Assembly (NCBI GenBank): GCA_965208835.1
Contig: OZ242358.1
Coordinates: 4,608,001-4,672,000 of the forward strand
Direction: 5' to 3'
Length of the DNA: 64,000 nt
DNA from: Candidatus Latescibacterota bacterium
GTDB taxonomy: Bacteria; Latescibacterota; UBA2968; GCA-2709665
Positions 56,553-64,000 of this stretch are shown piece by piece; within the stretch, counting starts at the first letter, position 1; every line of letters starts with the position of its first letter. The notes beneath the pieces were generated by a model that was not told where the DNA came from, did no database searches, and saw nothing but the letters and a program-made list of their open reading frames with translations. The position numbers and the translations under genes were made by a program.

Positions 56553-57554
56553 ATGCGCGAAAGCACGGAAGTAAACCACGGTTGGAACTACAAAAACCAC
56601 ATTCAGCCGGATGCAGCAGGGGAAACCGTTCTTCAGTTCTATCTCCGGCGCTATCCGCACTCGTCCGCGGAAGCCTGGCGGAAACGTATCCTGTCCGGTG
56701 AAGTAAGGCTGAACGACCGGCCGACCACGCCCGAAACCCTGCTCTCCACGGGACAGCGGCTCACTTACCACCGGAAGCCATGGCCGGAACCGGACGCGCC
56801 AGTTTCGTTTGCGTTACTCTACGAAGACGAACACCTCATCGCCGTAGCCAAACCCGCCGGCCTCCAGGTGCTGCCCGGCGGCCAACACCTTCGGAACACA
56901 CTGCTCGCCCGGGTCCGGGAACGCTATCCGGAAACCCCGGGACCCGCGCCCCTCCATCGCCTCGGGCGGGGAACTTCGGGTGTGGTCCTGTTCGCCCGTA
57001 CCGAATTGGCGAGACGAGTCCTTTCAGATGATTTCCGAAACCGGAGGATATGCAAGATCTACCGCGCACTCGTCGCCGGCACCGACATGCCCGATCGGTT
57101 TACGGTGGATGTACCCATCGGGCGGATACCGTATCCCCCGACCCGGTACCTGCACGCGGCAACGAGCGAGGGAAAACCGGCCCGGACGGAATGCCGGGTC
57201 CTCAACCGCATCCCGGACGGCAATCGGAGCCTGATCCGCGTCAATCTCATCACCGGCCGCGCACACCAGATCCGGATTCACCTTGCCGCGGCCGGTCATC
57301 CGCTAGTTGACGACCCCCTTTATCGCTCCGGCGGCCTTCCGGCAGTTCCAACCGCCGGAAGTCGGGCGCCGCTGCCTGGAGACATCGGATACCACCTTCA
57401 CGCCCAGGAACTCCACTTCACGCACCCCACGACAAGCCGGATCGTACATCTGGCGTGCCTGCCGCCGCCAATTCTCCGTACGCCGGTGGAAGTGGCCGGA
57501 CAGAACAGCCCTCCGCAACTACCTGAATCCCGAACCTGTAGAGTCAGACGTTAA
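56553..57554 (+). CDS. RluA family pseudouridine synthase
   Basis: S4-like N-terminus, KPAGL, HRLGRGTSG (Gly at the usual HRLD Asp position), TGRAHQIRIHLA. Confidence 0.85.
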   Translation: MRESTEVNHGWNYKNHIQPDAAGETVLQFYLRRYPHSSAEAWRKRILSGEVRLNDRPTTPETLLSTGQRLTYHRKPWPEPDAPVSFALLYEDEHLIAVAKPAGLQVLPGGQHLRNTLLARVRERYPETPGPAPLHRLGRGTSGVVLFARTELARRVLSDDFRNRRICKIYRALVAGTDMPDRFTVDVPIGRIPYPPTRYLHAATSEGKPARTECRVLNRIPDGNRSLIRVNLITGRAHQIRIHLAAAGHPLVDDPLYRSGGLPAVPTAGSRAPLPGDIGYHLHAQELHFTHPTTSRIVHLACLPPPILRTPVEVAGQNSPPQLPESRTCRVRR

Positions 57555-58333
57555 TCCCGGATCCTGGTCGTCTCATCCGTACGCGCCTGCTCGATATGCC
57601 TGCCGGTAAAACCCACGGCATTTCGGAGATCGGCGCCGCGCAGGTCTGTATTCTGTAGATTGGCCTTATAGAGGTCGGCGTTCTGCATTCGGGCTTTGGT
57701 TAACCTCGCGCATCTGAGGTCTGCCTGTACCAGGTCTGAATTCTGAAGCCTCGCGCTCTGCAGATCGGCATTCCTCAGGTCGGCCCCCTGAAGATTCGCA
57801 CCCTGAAGGTTTGCGCCCCGCAGATTGGCGCCCCCCAGGTCGGCGTTGAGAAGGTTCGCGTCCTGGAGGTCCGCCCTGCGCAAATCCGTTCCGCCGAGCG
57901 TGGCATCGCGCAGGTTCGCGGCCCGCAGTGTGGCTCTCTGCAGCCGGGCGCCGGAGAGATCGGCATTCGATAGATCGGCGAGTTCCAGGTCTGCCGGCGC
58001 CAGATTGGCGCACCTAAGGTTCGCGCCCCGGAACAGGGCGCGCTGGAGAGGGGCGCCCGAGAAATCGGCTTCCTGAAGGTTTGCATCGCGGAAGTTGGCT
58101 TCGTAGAGCCTGGCGCGCTGGAGGTTGGCGCCCCTAAGGTCTGCATTCTGAAACCGCACGCCGCTGAGGATGGCTTCGCTCAGATCCGCGTACTCGAGCC
58201 TGGCATCCTGAAGTTCCGCCCGGTTCAGGTTTACGCCGGACATTTCGGCCCGTTCTCCCGCTGCCCCTCCGGAATCGAGCCACACACGGTGCCGGTCGAT
58301 GACAAGGCGCAGTTCTGAGGGTGACAATGGCAT
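57551..58333 (-). CDS. pentapeptide repeat protein
   Basis: Long run of A(D/N)Lxx repeats after an H..WL.S.G..G.RA cap. Confidence 0.93.
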   Translation of the reverse strand: MPLSPSELRLVIDRHRVWLDSGGAAGERAEMSGVNLNRAELQDARLEYADLSEAILSGVRFQNADLRGANLQRARLYEANFRDANLQEADFSGAPLQRALFRGANLRCANLAPADLELADLSNADLSGARLQRATLRAANLRDATLGGTDLRRADLQDANLLNADLGGANLRGANLQGANLQGADLRNADLQSARLQNSDLVQADLRCARLTKARMQNADLYKANLQNTDLRGADLRNAVGFTGRHIEQARTDETTRIRD

Positions 58334-58377
58334 TTCAGATCCCTTTCAGACCAAGAAAGCCAACTGCCATCAGGATT

Positions 58378-58947
58378 TCACACACGGCCCGTCGAGTGAA
58401 TTCCAGACTCTGTGACGATCAGGTCCATCGGGATATCACGAGGGCCGGCCGGCAGACGATCGAAGAGCTGAAAGTCGTACGCGAGGCCAATTTTGAATGC
58501 GGGAGCCCGCAAAAGGAAACGGTCGTAGTACCCCGCGCCGAAACCCACGCGATTTCCCGCGTGGTCGAACGCCAGACCGGGTACGAGGACGACATCGAAC
58601 GTGTCGGGCGGGACCACGGCGCCGACCTCGCAGAGCGGCTCCAGAAGGCCGAAACTCGAAGGTGTCAATTCAGCGCGGCTGCGAACTTCCCTGTGGATCA
58701 GCGTCCGGTTCGGCTTGACAACAGGCACCGCAACCCGCTTGCCGCTATCCAGGGCAAGATCGATGAGGATGAGCGTGTCGACTTCGTTCGCGATCGAAAC
58801 ATAGCTGGCCAGGCATCCGGCGCGGCGGTAGACCTCCTGGCCGGTCAGACGCGCGATTATGCGTTCGCTCCGGGCGTGGACCTCCCGCGACGACAGTTCG
58901 GACCGGCGTTTCTTCATGGTATTTCGGATTTGCTTTTTGGATGGCAT
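58378..58947 (-). CDS. ygfA: 5-formyltetrahydrofolate cyclo-ligase
   Basis: K.QIR..M..RR, NEVDT, VLVPGLAFD..G.RVGFGAGYYDRFL, D.PMDLIVTE. Confidence 0.92.
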   Translation of the reverse strand: MPSKKQIRNTMKKRRSELSSREVHARSERIIARLTGQEVYRRAGCLASYVSIANEVDTLILIDLALDSGKRVAVPVVKPNRTLIHREVRSRAELTPSSFGLLEPLCEVGAVVPPDTFDVVLVPGLAFDHAGNRVGFGAGYYDRFLLRAPAFKIGLAYDFQLFDRLPAGPRDIPMDLIVTESGIHSTGRV

Positions 58948-59088
58948 CGTAGTCAATTCGACTTGAAACCCTTCCCCGCTGTCGGAGTTACTAACTATAC
59001 CTCGAGGGTGGCGGGATGTCAAGACGGGAGCGGCATGGAATACAGGCATTGCGTGCAAGAACAGGCGTGGTCAGACGGAAAAGTTCGC

Positions 59089-59117
59089 TTGACTTTGACT
59101 GTGCGGGCTTTTAAATT
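59089..59117 (+). promoter_or_regulatory. putative sigma70 promoter of uppS-cdsA-dxr-rseP
   Basis: TTGACT (59089-94), 17 bp, TAAATT (59112-17) in an AT-rich intergenic region. Confidence 0.45.
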
Positions 59118-59156
59118 TCAAATGCCGAAATTTTAAGTAATAACGGCAAATTTCAA

Positions 59157-59222
59157 TGTCCTGTCCCGGAAGATAGTTCGCCTGACTTCGGCCGAGTGTT
59201 TGGATGTTTCCGGGAAAGGACG
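59157..59222. repeat. short inverted-repeat element sharing ends with MITE B1
   Basis: tgtcctgtcccggaa ... ttccgggaaaggacg; the left arm matches the B1 TIR consensus gtgtyctgtcccgraaat. Confidence 0.45.
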
Positions 59223-59235
59223 CGAAGAGGGAATC

Positions 59236-60063
59236 TTGGATCGTCACGACGTGAATATTCAGGATGAATTGAAGGCGGATGGCAATCTCCCGGGGCACGT
59301 GGCAATCATCATGGACGGGAACGGCCGTTGGGCGCAGAAGCACGGCCTTGTGAGGACCCAGGGTCACCGTTCCGCACGTAAAGTTGTGCGTGATATCGTG
59401 CGGGCCTGCGGCGAACTGGGCATCGATATTCTAACTCTGTTTGCATTCGGAACGGACAATTGGCGACGCCCGTGGTCGGAAGTCCTTTCGCTGATGCAAT
59501 TGCTGCGAGACGTTGCTGTTGAAGAACTGAAGGAACTCCTCGAGAATAACGTACGTCTGATTGCAACCGGTGATACGGATCGCCTGGCAAGGCAGGCGCG
59601 GCATGCGATGAAATACGCCATGTACAGGACCTCGGAAAACACCGGGCTGACGCTGAATCTGGCGATGAGTTACGATGGCCGCAGCGATATTCTTCAGGCC
59701 GTCAGACGTATCGCCTCCGCGGTGGAACAGGGAAGTGTTAACAGCGACGGGATCGACGGAAAGCTGTTTTCCAGGATGCTTTACACCACCGATCTGCCCG
59801 ACCCCGATTTGCTGATCCGCACAAGCGGGGAGTTTCGTCTGAGTAATTTCATGCTCTGGCAGTGCGCGTACACGGAATTCTGGTTCACGCCGGTCTTGTG
59901 GCCCGATTTCAGGCGCGAGCATCTGTACGAAGCGATTCGGGCGTATCAGTCCAGGGAGCGTCGTTTCGGAAAGACCAGCGCGCAGGTCCGTTCTTCGGCG
60001 ATCGGCGCCGGGAACGGGGTTGCAAAGCGGATGGGCGCGGCGACGGGAGTGAAGCCCGCGTAA
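59236..60063 (+). CDS. uppS: undecaprenyl diphosphate synthase (isoprenyl transferase)
   Basis: HVAIIMDGNGRWA, NWRRP, PDLLIRTSGEFRLSNFMLWQ.AY.E, LWPDF, RERRFG; start uncertain. Confidence 0.96.
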   Translation: MDRHDVNIQDELKADGNLPGHVAIIMDGNGRWAQKHGLVRTQGHRSARKVVRDIVRACGELGIDILTLFAFGTDNWRRPWSEVLSLMQLLRDVAVEELKELLENNVRLIATGDTDRLARQARHAMKYAMYRTSENTGLTLNLAMSYDGRSDILQAVRRIASAVEQGSVNSDGIDGKLFSRMLYTTDLPDPDLLIRTSGEFRLSNFMLWQCAYTEFWFTPVLWPDFRREHLYEAIRAYQSRERRFGKTSAQVRSSAIGAGNGVAKRMGAATGVKPA

Positions 60064-60107
60064 CGGGATTCACTCGAACTCTCGCTTCCGTCCAGGCAGG
60101 GGTGGTT

Positions 60108-60938
60108 TTGGCGGTACAGTCGAATCTGTTTTACCGGGTTTCAGCGGCGGCGGTCTTCGGGCCGCTTTTTCTGGTTTTGTTCTGGGTTGGTGGAATACCG
60201 CTCCTGATCGGCGTGTGCGCGGTGGCCGCGTGTGGCACGTGGGAATACTGCCGGATGCAGAGAAAGCGGGGGCTGCATCCCTGGACGAGAGTCGGGGTTG
60301 CGGCCTCTTTGACTTGGTGTCTCTGGTTGTACGGGTTCGTAGATCGACTCTGGCTGGTTCCGTTTGTGGTGATTCTCCTTGTTCTGCTGACCCTGGCACT
60401 GGGAAACAGGGAGGGCCGGTTTCGATTGGCGGATGCCGAAGCAACCTTCGTCGGCACGTGCTATGTCGGATTACTGTCCGGCTTTGCGCTTCTGGTTCGG
60501 AACTATTCCGGATTCGAACCCGCTGAAGCGGGCGCGAGGTGGTTTGCCGTTCTGGTACTCCTGGGAATCTGGGGCACGGATATTTTCGCCTACTTTGCGG
60601 GGCGCCTTTGGGGGAAACGACGTCCATTCCCGCGTATCAGCCCCCGGAAGACCGGGGCAGGTTTCGCGGGTGGAATCACCGGGGCGATGGCGGTTATGCT
60701 CGCCGGCGGCAACGTCTTGAAGTTATACAGCCTGCCTGCCGGTATCGCACTGGGAATCGTGGTGGGGCTGGGGGCGCTATGGGGAGATCTGGTCGAATCG
60801 ATGATCAAGAGAAACGCGGGAGTCAAAGATGCTTCCGCCCTGATTCCCGGACACGGCGGCGTGCTGGACCGGTTCGACAGCTTTCTGTTTGTGTACCCAC
60901 TGGTATATCTCTACCTCCGACTGTTTCATCAGACGTAG
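60108..60938 (+). CDS. cdsA: phosphatidate cytidylyltransferase
   Basis: WGTDIFAYF.G, ISPRKT, GDLVESMIKR.AGVKD...LIPGHGGVLDRFDS; TTG start inferred. Confidence 0.95.
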   Translation: MAVQSNLFYRVSAAAVFGPLFLVLFWVGGIPLLIGVCAVAACGTWEYCRMQRKRGLHPWTRVGVAASLTWCLWLYGFVDRLWLVPFVVILLVLLTLALGNREGRFRLADAEATFVGTCYVGLLSGFALLVRNYSGFEPAEAGARWFAVLVLLGIWGTDIFAYFAGRLWGKRRPFPRISPRKTGAGFAGGITGAMAVMLAGGNVLKLYSLPAGIALGIVVGLGALWGDLVESMIKRNAGVKDASALIPGHGGVLDRFDSFLFVYPLVYLYLRLFHQT

Positions 60939-61000
60939 ACGATCTTGCCTTCCACGAACCTTTGATTACGTTCACCCGTTGACATGAACGGGATTTGTGT

Positions 61001-62158
61001 ATGAAGCGGGTTTCGCTGCTAGGGTCGACGGGATCTATCGGCACCAGTACGCTGGACGTACTGGCAGGTCTGCCTGAACGGTTCGAAGTGGAATGCCTCA
61101 GCGCGGGAAGCAACATCGATCTGCTCTGCGATCAGGTCACGCGTTTCAGGCCCAAGCGGGTCTGCGTGGGAGAAGAGTACGCAAGAGACGCGGGCGAGAG
61201 GCGTGAGTTGATGGGTGTGGAGATCTTACACGGTTCCGACGGGCTTCTTGCATTGGCGACCGATTCCGAGGTGGATCTGGTAATCAACGGGCTGGTTGCT
61301 GGGGTAGGGCTGCGGCCAACCCTGGCGGCGGTAGAGTCCGGTAAAGACGTCGCCATTGCAAATAAGGAAACGCTGGTCGTAGCCGGCCATCTGATAACGG
61401 ACCTCGCGGCGCGCAACGGCGTACGGTTGATCCCGCTGGACAGCGAACTCACACCCCTATGGCAGAGCCTTCAGGAAGTTTCGCCTCAGCAGGTGACCCG
61501 CATCGTGCTTTCCGCCTCCGGAGGCCCGTTCTTCGATATGTCGATTGACGAGATGGCCCGCGCGACACCTGACGAGGCCCTCCGTCATCCGACGTGGCGG
61601 ATGGGACCGAAGATCACGATCGATTCCGCGACGTTGATGAACAAGGGTTTCGAGGTGATCGAGTCACGCTGGTTTCTTGGGCTCGACATCGAACAGATCG
61701 ACGTCGTGATTCACAGACAGTCGATCGTGCATTGTCTGGTGGAGTTCCTCGACGGAAGCCTGACCGCTCATCTGAGCCGCCCCGATATGCGCCTGCCCAT
61801 TCAGCAGGCGCTGACCCATCCGGACCGGCTGCCGACTCTCGTCCCTTCGCTGGACCTGGTGTCCACGGGTTCGTTGAGCTTTCACGCGCCGGACCTGGAG
61901 CGGTTTCCCTGTCTTGGGCTTGCGTATGAGGCGTGCCGCGCGGGAGGTACGGCGACGGCGGTACTGAACGCGGCCAACGAGATTGGCGTCTATTCCTTTC
62001 TGGAAGGGCGCATCGGGTTTCTGGATGTGCCGGACGTCGTTCGCCGGACACTCGATGCGCACGACAATACGTCAGGGGCGAATCTGAATGCGGTGTTCGA
62101 AGCGGACCGCTGGGGGCGGGAGAAAGCGCGGGAGGCCGTGGCAGGCCTGAACAGATAG
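61001..62158 (+). CDS. dxr: 1-deoxy-D-xylulose 5-phosphate reductoisomerase
   Basis: LGSTGSIG, ANKETLV, SGGPF, HPTW.MGPKITIDSATLMNKGFEVIE, PDMRLPI, NAANE. Confidence 0.96.
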   Translation: MKRVSLLGSTGSIGTSTLDVLAGLPERFEVECLSAGSNIDLLCDQVTRFRPKRVCVGEEYARDAGERRELMGVEILHGSDGLLALATDSEVDLVINGLVAGVGLRPTLAAVESGKDVAIANKETLVVAGHLITDLAARNGVRLIPLDSELTPLWQSLQEVSPQQVTRIVLSASGGPFFDMSIDEMARATPDEALRHPTWRMGPKITIDSATLMNKGFEVIESRWFLGLDIEQIDVVIHRQSIVHCLVEFLDGSLTAHLSRPDMRLPIQQALTHPDRLPTLVPSLDLVSTGSLSFHAPDLERFPCLGLAYEACRAGGTATAVLNAANEIGVYSFLEGRIGFLDVPDVVRRTLDAHDNTSGANLNAVFEADRWGREKAREAVAGLNR

Positions 62159-62183
62159 GCAGAAAAAACAGGAGTTTAGCGCA

Positions 62184-63491
62184 TTGGAATTTCTGGAAAC
62201 CATATTCTATTTCATTCTGGTATTGGGCGTGCTGGTTTTCGTCCACGAATTCGGTCACTTCATCGTGGCCAAAAAGTCGGGCATTCGCGTGGAGCAGTTC
62301 TCGCTGGGATTCCCGCCCAAGGCGTTCGGCATAACGGTTGGCGAGACCGAATATTGCATTTCCTGGCTACCCATCGGAGGGTACGTGAAGGTAGCGGGAA
62401 TGTCGGATTTCGGCAGTGCGGAAGTCAAGCGGGAGCCGTGGGAATTTCAGTCGAAGCCGAGAGGCATTCAGATGGCAGTAATGGTTGCGGGACCCATTAT
62501 GAATTTCCTGCTTGGCTTCATGCTCATTTTGGGGCTGCGTCTGGCCCTGGGTGACTATGTTTTGCAGACGACAAGGATTGGCCGGATCGACGCGACGTCC
62601 CCGTTTTTCGAAGCGGGTCTGCGCGCGGACGACCGCATCCTCGCAGTCGACGGGAACCCGGTTCAGAACTGGAACGTGATGATAGAGGCGTTGAACGCGA
62701 GCGGCGACGCGGATCTCGCTCTGGACGTTGCTCGTGGAAGCGAAGTGCTATCCTTCGCGGTGCCATTCATCTCGGGACAGGAGTTGGGTTTCGATCCATT
62801 CCTGCCTTCGACTGCCGGATCGGTGACGCCTGGCTATCCGGCTGCCAGAGCGGGGATGGAGCCCGGCGACCGTGTGCTGTCGATCGCCGGTGAATCCGTG
62901 AGCGGATGGGACGAGATGAGAGAGAAGATTTCCGCGAGGCCGGGGCTGGAGACAGAGATCCGGTGGTTGCGCGGCGAAGAGGAGATGGCGGCGCGTATCG
63001 CGCCTCAACCCCAGCAGGGCGGGGGGCGAACCATCGGTGTGATCGGCATCGGCCCGTCCTTTGAGCCGAGGGCGCGGGTGCCGGTGACGATCGCTACCGC
63101 CGTTGAACGCAGCGGACGTGACCTCGTGGGCTACACCACGCTCATTTTCACGTTAATCAAACGCCTGGTCCTTGGTGAGATTTCAGGAAGGATGATCGCG
63201 GGACCGGTCGGCATCGCACAAATGGCGGGAAGCAAAGCGCGCGAAGGGTGGGAAGCATTGCTTGACTTCATGGCGATGTTGAGTATCAACCTCGCCGTCC
63301 TGAACCTGTTGCCGATTCCAGCGCTGGACGGAGGTCATCTGATGATCCTGAGCGTGGAAGCCATAACGCGACGGTCGCTTTCCACACGTCAGAAAGAGCG
63401 GCTCCAGCAGATCGGGTTCGTTTTTCTGCTCGGACTTATGGTGTACGTGACTTTCGGTGACATCGGCCGGATCTGGGGTCTGTTCTACTGA
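62184..63491 (+). CDS. rseP: RIP metalloprotease RseP (M50, two PDZ domains)
   Basis: HEFGH, P.GGYVK, AGP..N, GPVGI, NLLPIPALDGGH. Confidence 0.95.
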   Translation: MEFLETIFYFILVLGVLVFVHEFGHFIVAKKSGIRVEQFSLGFPPKAFGITVGETEYCISWLPIGGYVKVAGMSDFGSAEVKREPWEFQSKPRGIQMAVMVAGPIMNFLLGFMLILGLRLALGDYVLQTTRIGRIDATSPFFEAGLRADDRILAVDGNPVQNWNVMIEALNASGDADLALDVARGSEVLSFAVPFISGQELGFDPFLPSTAGSVTPGYPAARAGMEPGDRVLSIAGESVSGWDEMREKISARPGLETEIRWLRGEEEMAARIAPQPQQGGGRTIGVIGIGPSFEPRARVPVTIATAVERSGRDLVGYTTLIFTLIKRLVLGEISGRMIAGPVGIAQMAGSKAREGWEALLDFMAMLSINLAVLNLLPIPALDGGHLMILSVEAITRRSLSTRQKERLQQIGFVFLLGLMVYVTFGDIGRIWGLFY

Positions 63492-63518
63492 GCCGGACCG
63501 GTCTGCTTCGTAATTGCG

Positions 63519-63558
63519 AAAAAATGAGGGCGGGTTTTCGAACCCGCCCTCATTTTTT
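63519..63558. terminator. bidirectional intrinsic terminator
   Basis: aaaaaatgagggcgggtt-ttcg-aacccgccctcatttttt between convergent genes. Confidence 0.85.
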
Positions 63559-63915
63559 TTTGTCCGCCCTGCGCCGGCTGCCAGTGGTTCTTCTCTTCGC
63601 GGTCTTCTTCCAGTGAACGAAAATGCTGTCGGCTTCGAGGGTGTCCATCAGACTGGCGGTCAGCGCCTCCAGGGCTCCGGGGTTTGACTTCCATGTTGCG
63701 GTAAGCCGTTCGAGGTCCTTTTCGGTGAATCCGATTTCCGCAAGAACGGCCTTTCGCTTGCTGGCGAGACTGTCGGGATGTTCCGCATACCGTTTGTGCA
63801 GGTGGATGACCTGGAGAACGACGTGTGCCAGTTGGCGTTCGTCGGGTGCGGATCCATTCCGTGCCGTACACGCCAGAATTCCGAAGAACAGGAGCATTGG
63901 TATCGTCCGTTTCAT
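63550..63915 (-). CDS. hypothetical lipoprotein
   Basis: MKRTIPMLLFFGILA-C lipobox-like signal followed by a helical domain. Confidence 0.6.
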   Translation of the reverse strand: MKRTIPMLLFFGILACTARNGSAPDERQLAHVVLQVIHLHKRYAEHPDSLASKRKAVLAEIGFTEKDLERLTATWKSNPGALEALTASLMDTLEADSIFVHWKKTAKRRTTGSRRRADKKK

Positions 63916-64000
63916 TTCGAGAAAGATATCCGTACAAGACGGAGAGGTCAAGGCACAACAGCCCGCAATGCAGACAGCGGCCGGAAAGCGCGTGCGCCTC

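Noticed and set aside
57600-58250. 15-bp periodic DNA pattern
   Set aside because: It is explained by pentapeptide-repeat coding.
58948-59235. 6S RNA (ssrS), often found upstream of ygfA
   Set aside because: No long central-bubble hairpin was recognisable. The region is explained by divergent promoters and a short inverted repeat. An Rfam cmscan would settle it.
1-64000. CRISPR arrays, cas genes, integrases, transposases, prophage genes, rRNA
   Set aside because: No repeat-spacer arrays or diagnostic protein motifs were found by inspection.

Overview
GC-rich bacterial chromosome segment. The gene content (PorV-like barrel, DUF3098, DUF6785/6784-like transporters, PhyH dioxygenases) suggests an FCB-superphylum lineage such as Latescibacterota; this is inference only. 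From 1 to 25 kb there is an accessory catabolic region: glycoside-hydrolase-like enzymes, an enolase-family dehydratase, two PhyH dioxygenases, an amidohydrolase, a deacetylase and three paralogous ~660-aa membrane proteins. From 25 to 32 kb there is a minus-strand module of MpaB/Lcp-like oxygenase, MMPL, LolA-like protein, outer-membrane protein and Tat intradiol dioxygenase, with two inverted MITE-like elements bracketing the oxygenase. At 33.6-34.9 kb an AAA_14/DUF4143 gene is bracketed by two copies of a 35-bp imperfect palindrome. The best candidate for an undescribed system is at 37.5-45.3 kb: a Fur-box-controlled operon in which a His-rich ArsP/DUF318-type metal permease is fused to an HflK-like SPFH domain. 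It is followed by HflC-like and HflK-like genes, an orphan periplasmic binding protein, a small membrane protein and a ZIP transporter, with no ftsH in the window. From 49.6 to 64 kb the genes are housekeeping (tRNA-Val, rplS-trmD-rimM-rpsP-ffh, rpe, RluA family, uppS-cdsA-dxr-rseP). No CRISPR array, rRNA, integrase or transposase was seen. Family calls rest on motif recognition by eye, not on database searches.
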